Positions 1-9,625 of a stretch of DNA of 64,000 bases are shown here, piece after piece. How positions within the stretch are numbered: position 1 is the stretch's first letter; each line of letters opens with the position of its first letter. Source of the DNA: Vicinamibacterales bacterium (GTDB lineage: Bacteria > Acidobacteriota > Vicinamibacteria > Vicinamibacterales > UBA2999); the NCBI GenBank assembly GCA_050250955.1, contig JBFWNR010000005.1, positions 191,911 to 255,910 on the forward strand. Direction: 5' to 3'. The notes beneath the pieces are model-generated. The model searched no databases, was not told the origin of the DNA, and was given only the letters and a program-made list of their open reading frames with translations. Both the position numbers and the translations under genes were made by a program.

Positions 1-423
1 CCCGGCACCGGCGCGATCGCCATCAAGCGCTACGCCTGCGTGGACGACTGCGGTCCGCAGATCAATCCGATGATCGTCGAGGGCCAGGTGCACGGCGGCA
101 TCGTCCAGGGGCTGGGGCAGGCGCTGTGGGAGGAGGGCGTCTACGCCGACAACGGCCAGCTGCTCACCGGCACGCTGATGGACTACGCCATCCCGCGCGC
201 CGACGTGCTGCCCGACCTCGAGGTGCTGAACACGGTGACGCCGTCGCCGCACCATCCGCTCGGCGTCAAGGGCATCGGCGAGGCCGGCACCATCGTCTCG
301 ACCTGCACGATGTACAACGCCGTGGTCGACGCGCTGCGGCCGCTCGGCGTCCACGAGCTGCCGATGCCGATGACCCCCGAACGCGTCTGGCGCGCCGTGC
401 AGACGGCGAAGAAGGGAGCCTGA
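1..423 (+). CDS. C-terminal part of a molybdopterin-binding large subunit of a xanthine oxidase / aerobic CO dehydrogenase family enzyme (CoxL-like); 5' end lies outside the window
   Basis: Frame 1 is open from base 1. The translation DDCGPQINPMIVEGQVHGGIVQGLGQALWEE...HPLGVKGIGEAGT matches the conserved C-terminal Mo-cofactor domain of this family. It is followed by coxM/D/E/G-type genes. Confidence 0.85.
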   Translation, partial: PGTGAIAIKRYACVDDCGPQINPMIVEGQVHGGIVQGLGQALWEEGVYADNGQLLTGTLMDYAIPRADVLPDLEVLNTVTPSPHHPLGVKGIGEAGTIVSTCTMYNAVVDALRPLGVHELPMPMTPERVWRAVQTAKKGA

Positions 424-424
424 G

Positions 425-1288
425 ATGTACTCGCCGTCCTTCGCCTATCACCGCGCCTCGTCGGTGGCCGACGCGCTGAAGCTCGTCGCCGCCAATCCCG
501 GCGCCAGGGTCCTCGCCGGCGGACACAGCCTGCTGCCGCTGCTCAAGCTGCGCCTGGCGGCGCCGAGCGCCCTCATCGACATCGGCCGGATCGGCGAGCT
601 GAAGGGCATCAGCGCGGCCGCCGGCGGCGTGCGCATCGGCGCCCTGACCACCCATGCCGAGATCGCCGCCGCCGACCTGGTCCGCCGTCAGTGCGCCGTG
701 CTCGCCGAGGCCGCCGGGCAGATCGGCGATCCCGCGGTCCGCAACCGCGGCACCATCGGCGGCAGCGTCGCCCACGCCGACCCGGCCGCCGATCTGCCCA
801 CGGTGCTGGTCGCCCTCGGCGCGACCATCGACGTCGCCGGCCCCGGCGGCACCCGCACGATCGCCGCCGTGGACTTCTTCCAGGGGATGATGGCCACCGC
901 GCTGGCCGACGGCGAGCTGGTGACCGCCGTCACGGTGCCGGCGCTGGCCAAGGGGACCGGGGCGGCGTACGTGAAGTTCGCCCACCCGGCGTCGCGCTAC
1001 GCGGTGGTCGGCGCCGCTGCCGTCGTCGGTGTGCAGGGCGGGAAGTGTTCGGCAGCCTCGGTTGCGGTGGGCGGGCTCGTGCCCGTGCCGACGCGGCTGG
1101 CGGCCGTCGAAGCGGCGCTGACCGGCACGGCGCTGGATGCGGCGGCGATCGACGCCGCGGCCGCCAGGACCGCCGGCGCCCTGGGCGGCGACGTGCTGGG
1201 CGATCTCTTCGCCTCGGCCGACTACCGCACCGCGGTGGCGGGCACCTACGTTGCCCGCGCCGTGGCCGCCGCGGCCGCGCGCGTGTGA
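425..1288 (+). CDS. coxM: FAD-binding medium subunit of a CO dehydrogenase / xanthine dehydrogenase family enzyme
   Basis: 287 aa. The N-terminus FAYHRASSVADALKLV...ARVLAGGHSLLPLLKLRL, followed by RNRGTIGGS, is typical of the FAD-binding PCMH-type subunit. It starts 2 nt after the large-subunit stop. Confidence 0.9.
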   Translation: MYSPSFAYHRASSVADALKLVAANPGARVLAGGHSLLPLLKLRLAAPSALIDIGRIGELKGISAAAGGVRIGALTTHAEIAAADLVRRQCAVLAEAAGQIGDPAVRNRGTIGGSVAHADPAADLPTVLVALGATIDVAGPGGTRTIAAVDFFQGMMATALADGELVTAVTVPALAKGTGAAYVKFAHPASRYAVVGAAAVVGVQGGKCSAASVAVGGLVPVPTRLAAVEAALTGTALDAAAIDAAAARTAGALGGDVLGDLFASADYRTAVAGTYVARAVAAAAARV

Positions 1289-2199
1289 CCCGGCTGGCCG
1301 AGTCGGTCGACGACGTCCAGCGCCGGCTCGAGGCCGGTGGCTACGTCGCCGACCGAGGGCTGGCGGTGTCGGTGTATCTCGCCCTGACGCTGCGCCGGCC
1401 GCTGTTCCTCGAAGGCGAAGCGGGCGTCGGCAAGACCGCCGTCGCCCGCACCCTCGCCGCCGTGCTGGACGCGCCGTTCCTCCGGCTGCAGTGCTACGAG
1501 GGGCTCGACGTCCACCACGCGGTCTACGAGTGGGACTACGCCCGGCAGCTGATCGAGATCCGGCTGCTCGAGGCCACGCACGCGGTGGATCGCGACCGGG
1601 CCCGCCGCGAGCTCTTCAGCGAAGCGTTCCTGGTCAAGCGGCCGCTGCTGCAGGCCCTCGACGGCACCCCGGGTCGGCCGCCGGTGCTGCTCATCGACGA
1701 GATCGACCGCGCCGACGAGGAATTCGAAGGCTACCTGCTCGAGCTGCTGTCCGAGTTCCGCATCACCATCCCGGAGCTTGGCACCATCGCCGCCGTGGAG
1801 CCGCCGATCGTCGTGCTGACCTCCAACCGCACCCGCGAGGTGCACGACGCCCTCAAGCGGCGCTGCCTCTACCAGTGGATCGACTATCCCAGCTTCGACA
1901 AGGAGCTGGCCATCGTCACCCGCAGCGTGCCCGCCGCCGCGGCCAGCCTGGCCGCGCAGGTCACCGCGCTGGTGCAGGAACTGCGCGCCGCCGAGCTCTA
2001 CAAGACCCCGGGGATCTCCGAGACGCTCGACTGGGTGGCGGCGCTGGTGGCGCTGGACCGCGACACCGTCGACGCCGCGGCCGTGGAGGAGACGATCGGC
2101 GTGCTGCTCAAGGCCCGTGAAGACGTCGAGGCGATGCGCGGTGAGCGCCTCGCGGCGGTGATCTCGCGGGCGATGTTGCGCGGCGTCCGCCGCAGTTGA
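1285..2199 (+). CDS. coxD: MoxR-like AAA+ ATPase (CoxD-type maturation factor)
   Basis: A GTG at 1285 overlaps the coxM stop. Walker A is GEAGVGKT and Walker B is LLIDEIDRA. The upstream part of ORF 691-2199 is Arg/Gly-rich junk that overlaps coxM. Confidence 0.9.
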   Translation: MTRLAESVDDVQRRLEAGGYVADRGLAVSVYLALTLRRPLFLEGEAGVGKTAVARTLAAVLDAPFLRLQCYEGLDVHHAVYEWDYARQLIEIRLLEATHAVDRDRARRELFSEAFLVKRPLLQALDGTPGRPPVLLIDEIDRADEEFEGYLLELLSEFRITIPELGTIAAVEPPIVVLTSNRTREVHDALKRRCLYQWIDYPSFDKELAIVTRSVPAAAASLAAQVTALVQELRAAELYKTPGISETLDWVAALVALDRDTVDAAAVEETIGVLLKAREDVEAMRGERLAAVISRAMLRGVRRS

Positions 2200-2208
2200 G
2201 GGGACGCG

Positions 2209-3402
2209 GTGTCGGCCCTGACCGCCAACCTGCTCGCGTTCGGCCGGCTGCTGCGCACCCTGGGCCTCGACGTCTCACCGGCGCAGTCGCGCGACGCGCT
2301 GGTCGCCGTGGCGGCGGTGGGCGTGGCCCGGCGCAGCGACGTGCAGCAGGCGCTGCGGGCCACCCTGGTGAGCCGCGCCGCCGACCTGCCGATCTTCGAC
2401 GCCGCCTTCGCGGCCTTCTGGAAGGACCACGGCGAACGCTGGGGCCGCCGCGACCTGCGTTCGCTCGGCGACCCGCACGGCACCACGACCCTGCAGGTGG
2501 AGGTGGTGATTCCCGAGACCGACGCGGCGGACGTGTCCGGCGCCGACGCCGAGGGCAACCCCGCGCCGCCGCTGCCGTCCGGCGAGATCCAGACCTGGAG
2601 CGGCGCCGACACGCTGCGCGACCAGGACTTCGCCGACGTCACGCCGGCCGAGCTCGACGGGATTCGCGCCGCGCTGGCTGCGCTGGTCTGGCAGCCCGGG
2701 CGGCGGCGGACGCGGCGCTGGGTGGCCGGCGACGGCGCGCGCCTCGACGTGCGCCGGATCTGGCGCCACCAGCTGCGCGCCGGCGAGCTGGTGCGCCTGC
2801 CGCGGCGCCAGCGGACGACGCGGCCGCGGCCGCTCGTGCTCGTCGCCGACGTCAGCGGCTCGATGGAGCGCTACTCGCGGATGCTGCTGCATTTCGCCTA
2901 CGCGCTGCAGCGCGCCCGGGCCCGGGTCGAGGTGTTCCTGTTCGCCACCCGGCTGACCCGGGTCACGCGCGAGCTCTCCCGCGGGTCGATCGACGCGGCG
3001 ATCACCGCCGTGTCGCGCCAGGTGCCCGACTGGTCGGGGGGCACCCGCATCGGCGACGCGCTGCGCGCCTTCCACGTCCGGTGGGCGCGATCGGTGCTCA
3101 GCCGCCGTCCGGTCGTGCTGGTGGTGTCCGACGGCTGGGATCGCGGCGATCCCGGGCTGCTCCAGCAGCAGGTCGCCCGCCTGCAGCGCAGCAGCCATCG
3201 CCTCATCTGGCTGAGCCCGCTGCTGGGCACCGCCGACTACCAGCCGCTGACCCGGGGCCTGGTCGCCGCGCTGCCGTACGTGGACGACTTCCTGCCGGCC
3301 CGGACACTGCGCAACCTCGAGGACCTGGCCGCCCACCTCAACACGCTGCCCATCCAGCGCCCCTTGCGCCGGCAGCCTCCGGACACGAGGATCACCCCAT
3401 GA
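2209..3402 (+). CDS. coxE: VWA-domain protein (CoxE-like)
   Basis: 397 aa. It has the MIDAS-like motif VADVSGSM and the typical CoxE N-terminus LLAFGRLLRTLGL. It lies directly downstream of the MoxR ATPase. Confidence 0.85.
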   Translation: MSALTANLLAFGRLLRTLGLDVSPAQSRDALVAVAAVGVARRSDVQQALRATLVSRAADLPIFDAAFAAFWKDHGERWGRRDLRSLGDPHGTTTLQVEVVIPETDAADVSGADAEGNPAPPLPSGEIQTWSGADTLRDQDFADVTPAELDGIRAALAALVWQPGRRRTRRWVAGDGARLDVRRIWRHQLRAGELVRLPRRQRTTRPRPLVLVADVSGSMERYSRMLLHFAYALQRARARVEVFLFATRLTRVTRELSRGSIDAAITAVSRQVPDWSGGTRIGDALRAFHVRWARSVLSRRPVVLVVSDGWDRGDPGLLQQQVARLQRSSHRLIWLSPLLGTADYQPLTRGLVAALPYVDDFLPARTLRNLEDLAAHLNTLPIQRPLRRQPPDTRITP

Positions 3403-3851
3403 CGCTCGACGGCACCTACACCTTCGCCGCCCCCCGCGACCGGGTCTGGCAGTTGCTCATGGATCCCGCGGCGATCGCCTCGTGTGTGCCCGGGTGCGAG
3501 GCCTTCGAGCCGCTCGGCGACGACAAGTACCGCGTCCGGCTCACCGCCGGCGTCGCCGCCATCACCGGCACCTTCGAGGGCACGGTGACGCTCGCCGACC
3601 AGGTGGCGCCGTCCTCTTACCGCCTGCAGATGGAAGGCAGCGGCGGCCCCGGGTTCGTCAACGGCGATGCCGTGATGACGTTGCGGGACGACGGCGGCGG
3701 CACCGCCGTGGACGTCAAGGCCGAGGTCGAGGTCGGCGGCACGATCGCCCGCGTCGGCCAGCGGCTCCTCGGCAGCGTGTCGAAGATGATGCTCGACCGC
3801 TTCTTCGCGTGCATGGCAGGGAAGGTCGGCAGCGACAACGCCCCACGATGA
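3399..3851 (+). CDS. coxG: SRPBCC-fold carbon monoxide dehydrogenase subunit G family protein
   Basis: The ATG at 3399 overlaps the coxE stop (ATGA). The 150-aa translation includes MTLDGTYTFAAPRDRVWQLLMDP...CVPGCE...KYRVRL...GGTIARVGQRLL, typical of CoxG. Confidence 0.85.
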   Translation: MTLDGTYTFAAPRDRVWQLLMDPAAIASCVPGCEAFEPLGDDKYRVRLTAGVAAITGTFEGTVTLADQVAPSSYRLQMEGSGGPGFVNGDAVMTLRDDGGGTAVDVKAEVEVGGTIARVGQRLLGSVSKMMLDRFFACMAGKVGSDNAPR

Positions 3852-3882
3852 GCACGTGGTCGGACGTCCCGAGAGATGGACC

Positions 3883-4608
3883 ATGGATGACCTCACGTGG
3901 ATTGCCGGCGGAGTCCGGGGACCGATCCCGACCTTCGTGGCCACGCCGAACGACGGCGGCCCGTGGCCCGGCGTCGTCGTCGTCCACGACGCGCTCGGCA
4001 TGACCGACGACCTGCGCCATCAGGCCCGATGGCTCGCCAGCGTCGGCTATCTGGCGGCCGCCCCGGACCTGTTCCACTGGGGCGGGCATCTTCGCTGCCT
4101 CGTCCGCACCATGCGCGAGCTGGCGCGGGGGACGCAAGGACCGGTGTTCGACGAGCTCGCCGCCGTGCAGGCGTGGCTGGCGGCGCACGACCGGGGCACC
4201 GGGCGTGTGGGCGTCATCGGATTCTGCCTGGGCGGCGGGCTGGCGCTGGCTTTGGCGCCCGGGTACGGCTATGGCGCCGCGGCCGTGAACTACGGTGGTG
4301 CCACCGAAGACGGGTGGGCGCGACTCGCCGAGGCCTGCCCGATCGTCGCCAGCTACGGCGGCGACGACACGACGTTGCCGGACACTGCCGCGCGACTCGA
4401 GGGGGTGCTCACCTCGCATGGCATCGCGCACGACGTGAAAGAGTACGCCGGCGTCGGCCACGGCTTCATGAACGATCATCGTCGCGGCGAGGGGCCGTGG
4501 GTGCTCAGCATGCTGGCGCGGTGGTCACACACCAGATACGATGCCCGGGCGAGCGCGGACGCTCGCCGTCGGATCGCCGCCTTCTTCGACACCCATCTCA
4601 AGACGTAG
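3883..4608 (+). CDS. dienelactone hydrolase family protein
   Basis: Contains VVVHDALGMTDDLR and the nucleophile motif GFCLGGG, with a C-terminal GHGF. The start is ambiguous (GTG 3856 or ATG 3883). Confidence 0.8.
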   Translation: MDDLTWIAGGVRGPIPTFVATPNDGGPWPGVVVVHDALGMTDDLRHQARWLASVGYLAAAPDLFHWGGHLRCLVRTMRELARGTQGPVFDELAAVQAWLAAHDRGTGRVGVIGFCLGGGLALALAPGYGYGAAAVNYGGATEDGWARLAEACPIVASYGGDDTTLPDTAARLEGVLTSHGIAHDVKEYAGVGHGFMNDHRRGEGPWVLSMLARWSHTRYDARASADARRRIAAFFDTHLKT

Positions 4609-4709
4609 GGATCCGCCATGGCCAGACCGAGTCCTGCCGCGCCCCACCACACCTGCTTCCTGGTTCGCGATCTCGAGCGAGCCGCGCAGGGGATGGCCGG
4701 GCCCGCGTC

Positions 4710-6278
4710 ATGATGTCCAGGCGCCGTGCCGTGGCGCTGCTGGGCGCCGGCGCTCTCGCGCCGTGGCCGGCCTGTTCCGGCGCCGAGTCGCCGCCGCCCA
4801 CCGACGCCGATCCAGGCACGTCCGAGGCCCTTCACTACCTGAGCCTGCACGAGGTCGGCCGTCTGATCGCGTCGCACGCGGTGTCCCCGGTCGATCTCAC
4901 CGAGCGGATGCTGGATCGGATTGCCAGCGTCGACCCGTCCCTGAGGAGCTACGCGACGGTCATGGCCGAACCGGCCCTGGCCGCGGCGCGGTCGGCCGAG
5001 CAGGAGATCGCGGCAGGGAAGTATCGCGGCCCGCTGCACGGGGTGCCGGTCGCGGTCAAGGACCTCTGTTACACCAAGGGCATCCGCACGATGGGTGGGA
5101 CCTCGGTGCTCAGGAGCTTCGTGCCCGATGTCGATGCCACGGTGGTGTCGAGGCTCCGCGACGCCGGCGCCGTGCTGCTCGGCAAGCTGAACCTCACGGA
5201 AGGGGCGATGGGCGGCTATCACCCCGACTTCGACGTGCCCCTCAATCCCTGGGACCCCACCCGCTGGCCGGGCGCGTCGTCGAGTGGGTCGAGCGTGGCG
5301 GTGGCGGCGGGGCTCTGCTTCGGCGCGCTGGGCACCGACACGCTCGGGTCGATCCGCTACCCGGCGTCGGCCAACGGCATCGTCGGGTTGAAGCCGACCT
5401 ACGGGCGTGTGAGCCGGTTCGGCGTGCTGCCGCTGGCCGAGTCGCTCGACCATGTCGGGCCGATGGCGCGGCGCGTGGCCGACGTCGCCATCATGTTCGA
5501 CGCCATCGCGGGCGTGGATCCCGGTGACCCGACATCGCTGCGGGCGCCGGCTGCCGACACATTCGGTGGCATCGCCAGAGGGGTGGCGGGGCTGCGCATC
5601 GGCCTCGATCGTGAGTATGCCCTGGCCGGGGTCGACCGTGGCCAGGCGGACTCGATCGAAGAGGCGTTGGCGGTGCTCGCCGGCCTGGGTGCCAGCGTCG
5701 TCGAGGTCCGCATGCCCGAGGTCGGCGGTGTCATCGACGCCGCCTACCTGCTGTGTGCCGCGGAGGCCGTGGCGACCCATGCCGCACATTACCCGTCGCG
5801 TGCCGAGGACTACGGTCCGTACTTCCGCGAGTTTCTCCAGGCGGGCGCGCGGACGACGGAGGCGCAGGTGGCCGCGGCCCGGACGCTCCGGGCGGACTTT
5901 GCCGCGCGGCTGGACATGGTGCTGGCCGACGTGGATGCGATCGCCTGTCCGAGTGGCGGCGCTCCGGCGTTTTCGATCAGCCAGGCGGCCCAGTACGGCT
6001 CGATGACGGCGTTCAATGCCGCCGTGGCCGCGACCCTGGCGGCCGGCAACCCGCCGCTCAAGAGCGGCCGCGTCTTCACCGCGCCCATGGACCTGGCGGG
6101 CACGCCGGCCATCTGCCTGCCCTCCGGCTTTTCTCCGGAGGGACTGCCGTACAGCATCCAGTTCGTCGGCCGGCGCCTGAGCGAGTCGGTGCTGTGCCGC
6201 GTCGCGAACGCCTACGAGCAGGCCACGACGTGGCACGAGCGGCATCCCGACGTCCGCCGGGAACGCGCACCCGGCTAG
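4710..6278 (+). CDS. amidase (amidase-signature family), probably exported
   Basis: Carries the amidase signature GASSSGSSVAVAAG, the VAVKDL lysine and GPLHGVP. The N-terminus MMSRRRAVALLGAGALA looks like a signal peptide. Confidence 0.9.
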   Translation: MMSRRRAVALLGAGALAPWPACSGAESPPPTDADPGTSEALHYLSLHEVGRLIASHAVSPVDLTERMLDRIASVDPSLRSYATVMAEPALAAARSAEQEIAAGKYRGPLHGVPVAVKDLCYTKGIRTMGGTSVLRSFVPDVDATVVSRLRDAGAVLLGKLNLTEGAMGGYHPDFDVPLNPWDPTRWPGASSSGSSVAVAAGLCFGALGTDTLGSIRYPASANGIVGLKPTYGRVSRFGVLPLAESLDHVGPMARRVADVAIMFDAIAGVDPGDPTSLRAPAADTFGGIARGVAGLRIGLDREYALAGVDRGQADSIEEALAVLAGLGASVVEVRMPEVGGVIDAAYLLCAAEAVATHAAHYPSRAEDYGPYFREFLQAGARTTEAQVAAARTLRADFAARLDMVLADVDAIACPSGGAPAFSISQAAQYGSMTAFNAAVAATLAAGNPPLKSGRVFTAPMDLAGTPAICLPSGFSPEGLPYSIQFVGRRLSESVLCRVANAYEQATTWHERHPDVRRERAPG

Positions 6279-6607
6279 GCGGCGCGCGTCCGCTTGGCGC
6301 CGGCCGGCATGTCGACCGTCGTCTTCAGGACGGCGCCTTCGACCACGGCCAGACGGGGGCTGGAGATCTCGCCGTCGACGACGGCGGTATTGCGAATCTC
6401 GACCCGCTCGTCGGCCTCGATCCGCCCACTCATCTTCCCGGCCACGATCACCGAGGCCGCGGTCACCGTGCCCGACACCTGCGACTCGGGCGCCAGCGTC
6501 AGGGTCTGCCCGGTCAGGGTGATGTTGCCGTCGACCCGTCCGGCGATCACCAGCTCCTCGCTGCCCGAGATGTCGCCCTTGATGACAATCGTTCGTCCGC
6601 CGATCAT
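6275..6607 (-). CDS. bactofilin family polymer-forming cytoskeletal protein
   Basis: 110 aa of beta-helix-type repeats (VIKGDISGSEELVIAGRVDGNITL...VSGTVTAASVIVAGKMSGRIEA). A GGAGG RBS lies upstream. The stop overlaps the amidase stop by 4 nt (convergent genes). Confidence 0.8.
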   Translation of the reverse strand: MIGGRTIVIKGDISGSEELVIAGRVDGNITLTGQTLTLAPESQVSGTVTAASVIVAGKMSGRIEADERVEIRNTAVVDGEISSPRLAVVEGAVLKTTVDMPAGAKRTRAA

Positions 6608-6884
6608 GCGCGTGGCCTCCGGCTGGCGCAGAGCAAATTGCTTACCGCTTCACGCCGTGAGCGGAAGCGCGGGGAAAACGCGGTGGCGCCTCGCGTCGCG
6701 CCGTTCGACGATCGCAATCCTGATGGCGGACTGACGGCTTTGTGACGCTCGCCGCCATCGGCTTGACGCGCGGGCGAATGACCGCACGCCGCGACGATGG
6801 CGGTTGCCGTCCGGCTCGTCGCGCGGGATCATGGCGCACCAGAGTGCCGCCGAGCGTCATCCCGCCGGACAAGGGGAGGAACCC

Positions 6885-7763
6885 ATGGTCGATCCGCTCA
6901 GACGCATGCTGTTGAAGACCGGCGCCGCGGTGACTGCCATGGCCGCCGCGGAACGGGTGTTGGCCCACACGGCCGGTCAGGGCGGCGCGGCCGGGTCCTT
7001 CTACGAACGCGGGCCCGTTCGTATCCACTATCAGGAGTCCGGGTCCGGCTTTCCGCTGCTGCTCATCGCCGGCGGCGGCCTGAACTCGACGATCGCCGGC
7101 CTGGCTAGCCCCTTCGACGCCATCGGCGAGTTCAGGGGCGAGTACCGCTGCATCGCCGCGGACCTGCGCAACGCGAATGCCGGCCAGTCGTCCGGGCCGC
7201 TCGAGATCGACCGGCCGTGGGATGCCTACACCGACGACCATCTCGGCGTGATGGATCATCTCGGCATCGACCGGTTCATGGTGATGGGCTTCTGCATCGG
7301 CGGCCCCTTCATCTGGAACCTCCTGAAACGGGCCCCGGACCGCGTGGTGGCCGCGGTGCTGGCCCAGCCGAGCGGCTACCGCCCCGAGATGCCGACGCTC
7401 TTCTACGACAACAACATGGCCGGCTGGGGGCCGGCCCTGGTCAAGCGGCGTCCCGAGATCACGCTGGCGATGGTCGACCGGTTCCTGACGAGGATGTACA
7501 AGGGCGGCGACTTCGTCTTCACCGTCACGCGCGACTTCGTGCGCGGCTGCCAGACGCCGGTCCTGATCCTGCCCGACGACATCCCGGCGCATCCCTACGC
7601 CGTCGCCATGGAGGCGGCGATGCTGGCGCCGAAGGCCGAGGTCAGCATGTTCCCGTGGAAGGAGCCCAAGGAGCGGATTCCCCTGGCGGTGCGCCAGATC
7701 CGCTCCTTCCTTCGCGCTCACCGGCCGGCGTCGGCGTCGGCCGCAGTCCAGGACCGGCGATGA
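6885..7763 (+). CDS. alpha/beta hydrolase with a TAT-type signal peptide
   Basis: A GGGGAGGA RBS precedes the ATG at 6885. The twin-arginine N-terminus is DPLRRMLLKTGAAVTAMAAA. The alpha/beta core includes PLLLIAGGG and MGFCIGG. Confidence 0.8.
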   Translation: MVDPLRRMLLKTGAAVTAMAAAERVLAHTAGQGGAAGSFYERGPVRIHYQESGSGFPLLLIAGGGLNSTIAGLASPFDAIGEFRGEYRCIAADLRNANAGQSSGPLEIDRPWDAYTDDHLGVMDHLGIDRFMVMGFCIGGPFIWNLLKRAPDRVVAAVLAQPSGYRPEMPTLFYDNNMAGWGPALVKRRPEITLAMVDRFLTRMYKGGDFVFTVTRDFVRGCQTPVLILPDDIPAHPYAVAMEAAMLAPKAEVSMFPWKEPKERIPLAVRQIRSFLRAHRPASASAAVQDRR

Positions 7764-8152
7764 CGACCGACGACCGCGTCCGCGCCATGGCCGCCGCCTA
7801 CACCGCGGCCTGGAACTCCGGCGACGCCGACGCCGTGGCCGCCTTCTACGCCCCGGAGGGGCAGATCGTCATCAACCGCGGCCAACCGTGGGTCGGCCAT
7901 CGAGGCGTCGCCGCGATGGCGGCCGGATTCTTCGCCGACGTGCCGGACCTCGCCTTGACCTGCGACGACGTGCGGTGCGCCGGCGATCACGTGGCCTACG
8001 TCTGGACGTTCACCGGAACGCACGCCGCCACCGGGAACCCGCTCCGTGTGTCCGGATGGGAGGAGTGGGATCTCGACCCGGAATTGAAGGTCGTCGCGTC
8101 ACGCGGGTGGTACGACGCCACCGACTACGAGCGTCAGGCGAAGGGACAGTGA
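7760..8152 (+). CDS. SnoaL-like / NTF2-fold protein
   Basis: ATGA overlap with the upstream gene. The 130-aa translation (AYTAAWNSGDADAVAAFYAPEG...) is typical of SnoaL-like polyketide-cyclase-fold proteins. Confidence 0.7.
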   Translation: MTTDDRVRAMAAAYTAAWNSGDADAVAAFYAPEGQIVINRGQPWVGHRGVAAMAAGFFADVPDLALTCDDVRCAGDHVAYVWTFTGTHAATGNPLRVSGWEEWDLDPELKVVASRGWYDATDYERQAKGQ

Positions 8153-8217
8153 CCCTGGGCCGTATCTGGTGCCACGCGGCGATACGCTGTCACGGTGTCG
8201 TCGGGCACGGCGTGCGA

Positions 8218-8223
8218 TAGACT
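8218..8223 (+). promoter_or_regulatory. -10-like TAGACT box 7 nt upstream of ATG 8231
   Basis: The sequence reads TAGACT-cgcgccc-ATG. Confidence 0.35.
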
Positions 8224-8230
8224 CGCGCCC

Positions 8231-9559
8231 ATGACCCGCTCGACACGGTGGCCTGGCGCGTTCGCGGCGCTGTGTCTGCTGATCGCCGGCACTCCAGCCC
8301 GCGCGCAGACCCCGCCGGCCGTTGCAGCCGATGCCGACAAGCGCATCGAGGCGGTGCTGAAGCCGGTGATCGCCTGGCGGCGTGACCTGCACCAGCACCC
8401 CGAACTCGGGTTGCAGGAGACGCGCACCTCGAAGCTCATCGCCGACCACCTGCGCTCGCTCGGTGTCGACGTCCAGGTCGGGGTGCCCGGCGCGCCCACC
8501 GCCGTCGTCGGCACGCTGAAGGGCGCCCGGCCGGGGCCGGTGGTGGCGCTGCGCGCCGACATGGACGGGCTGCCGGTGACCGAGCAGGTCGATCTGCCGT
8601 TCAAGTCCACCGCCACGGCGATGTGGAACGGCGTCGAGACCGGGGTGATGCACGCCTGCGGCCACGACAACCACATGGCGATTCTGCTCGGCGCCGCCAC
8701 GGTGCTGGCCGGGATGCGCGACCAGCTGCCGGGATCGGTGAAGTTCCTGTTCCAGCCCGCCGAGGAGGGCCCGGGCGGCGCCGAGCCGATGGTCAAGGCC
8801 GGCGTGCTGAAGAACCCCGACGTGCACGCCGTGTTCGGCCTGCACGTGTTCCCGTTCCCGGCAGGGCGGATCGTCTACCGGTCGGGACCGCTGATGGCCA
8901 GCGCCGACGAGTTCACGATCACCATCAGGGGCCGGCAGACTCACGGCGCGGTGCCGTGGGGCGGTGTCGATCCGATCGTGGTCGGCGCGCAGATCGTCAC
9001 CGCGTTCCAGTCGATCGTGGCGCGCCAGGTGAACATCGCCGAGGCGCCGGCGGTGGTCACGGTGGGGAAGTTCGCCGGCGGCAACCGCTCCAACATCATC
9101 CCCGACACTGTGGAGCTGGTCGGCACCGTGCGCGCCTTCGACGAAGGCGAGCGCACCAAGATCCGCGGCCGAATCCACGACATCGCCACCAACTACGCCG
9201 CCGCGGCCGGCGCCACCGCCACGGTGGAGTTCGGGCTCGGCTACCCGGTGACGCGCAACGACCCGGCGCTCACCGAGCGAATGGTGCCGACGCTCAAGCG
9301 CGTCGCCGGCGACGCCAACGTACAGGTCGGCGCGCTCACCGGCACCGCCGAGGACTTCTCGTACTTCCAGAACGAGGTGCCCGGCCTGTTCTTCTTCCTC
9401 GGGGTCACGCCGTCGTCCCAGGACCCGGCCACCGCCGCCCTCAACCACTCGCCGCTGTTCTTCGCCGACGAGAGCGCGCTGCCAGTGGGAGTCAAGGCGA
9501 TGACGCACCTGACGATCGACTACCTGTTCGGCGCCGCTCGACCCACACCACGTCCCTGA
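8231..9559 (+). CDS. M20D-family amidohydrolase (N-acyl-amino-acid / hippurate hydrolase-like), secreted
   Basis: Motifs seen are WRRDLHQHPELG, ALRADMDGLP, HACGHD and FQPAEEG. The signal peptide is MTRSTRWPGAFAALCLLIAGTPARA. Confidence 0.9.
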   Translation: MTRSTRWPGAFAALCLLIAGTPARAQTPPAVAADADKRIEAVLKPVIAWRRDLHQHPELGLQETRTSKLIADHLRSLGVDVQVGVPGAPTAVVGTLKGARPGPVVALRADMDGLPVTEQVDLPFKSTATAMWNGVETGVMHACGHDNHMAILLGAATVLAGMRDQLPGSVKFLFQPAEEGPGGAEPMVKAGVLKNPDVHAVFGLHVFPFPAGRIVYRSGPLMASADEFTITIRGRQTHGAVPWGGVDPIVVGAQIVTAFQSIVARQVNIAEAPAVVTVGKFAGGNRSNIIPDTVELVGTVRAFDEGERTKIRGRIHDIATNYAAAAGATATVEFGLGYPVTRNDPALTERMVPTLKRVAGDANVQVGALTGTAEDFSYFQNEVPGLFFFLGVTPSSQDPATAALNHSPLFFADESALPVGVKAMTHLTIDYLFGAARPTPRP

Positions 9560-9610
9560 TCGTCGGCGCGCGGTGTGCACCACGACGGCAAGCCGCTGCC
9601 TCGGGCGGGG

Positions 9611-9616
9611 TATCAT
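9611..9616 (+). promoter_or_regulatory. -10-like TATCAT box 9 nt upstream of ATG 9626
   Basis: The sequence reads TATCAT-ccagcgccc-ATG. Confidence 0.3.
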
Positions 9617-9625
9617 CCAGCGCCC

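Noticed and set aside
691-2199. 502-aa ORF that would start inside coxM.
   Set aside because: The first approximately 200 codons are Arg/Gly/Pro-rich low-complexity sequence overlapping the well-supported coxM frame. Protein-like sequence begins only at GTG 1285 (the MoxR ATPase). This is a typical high-GC over-extension.
4618-4713. 31-codon ORF (MARPSPAAPHHTCFLVRDLERAAQGMAGPAS) whose stop overlaps the amidase ATG. The HHTCFLVRDLERA stretch resembles the N-terminus of a glyoxalase/VOC protein.
   Set aside because: It is too short, and a single motif-like stretch is weak evidence. It could be a gene remnant or a coupling uORF, but I cannot support either from the sequence alone.
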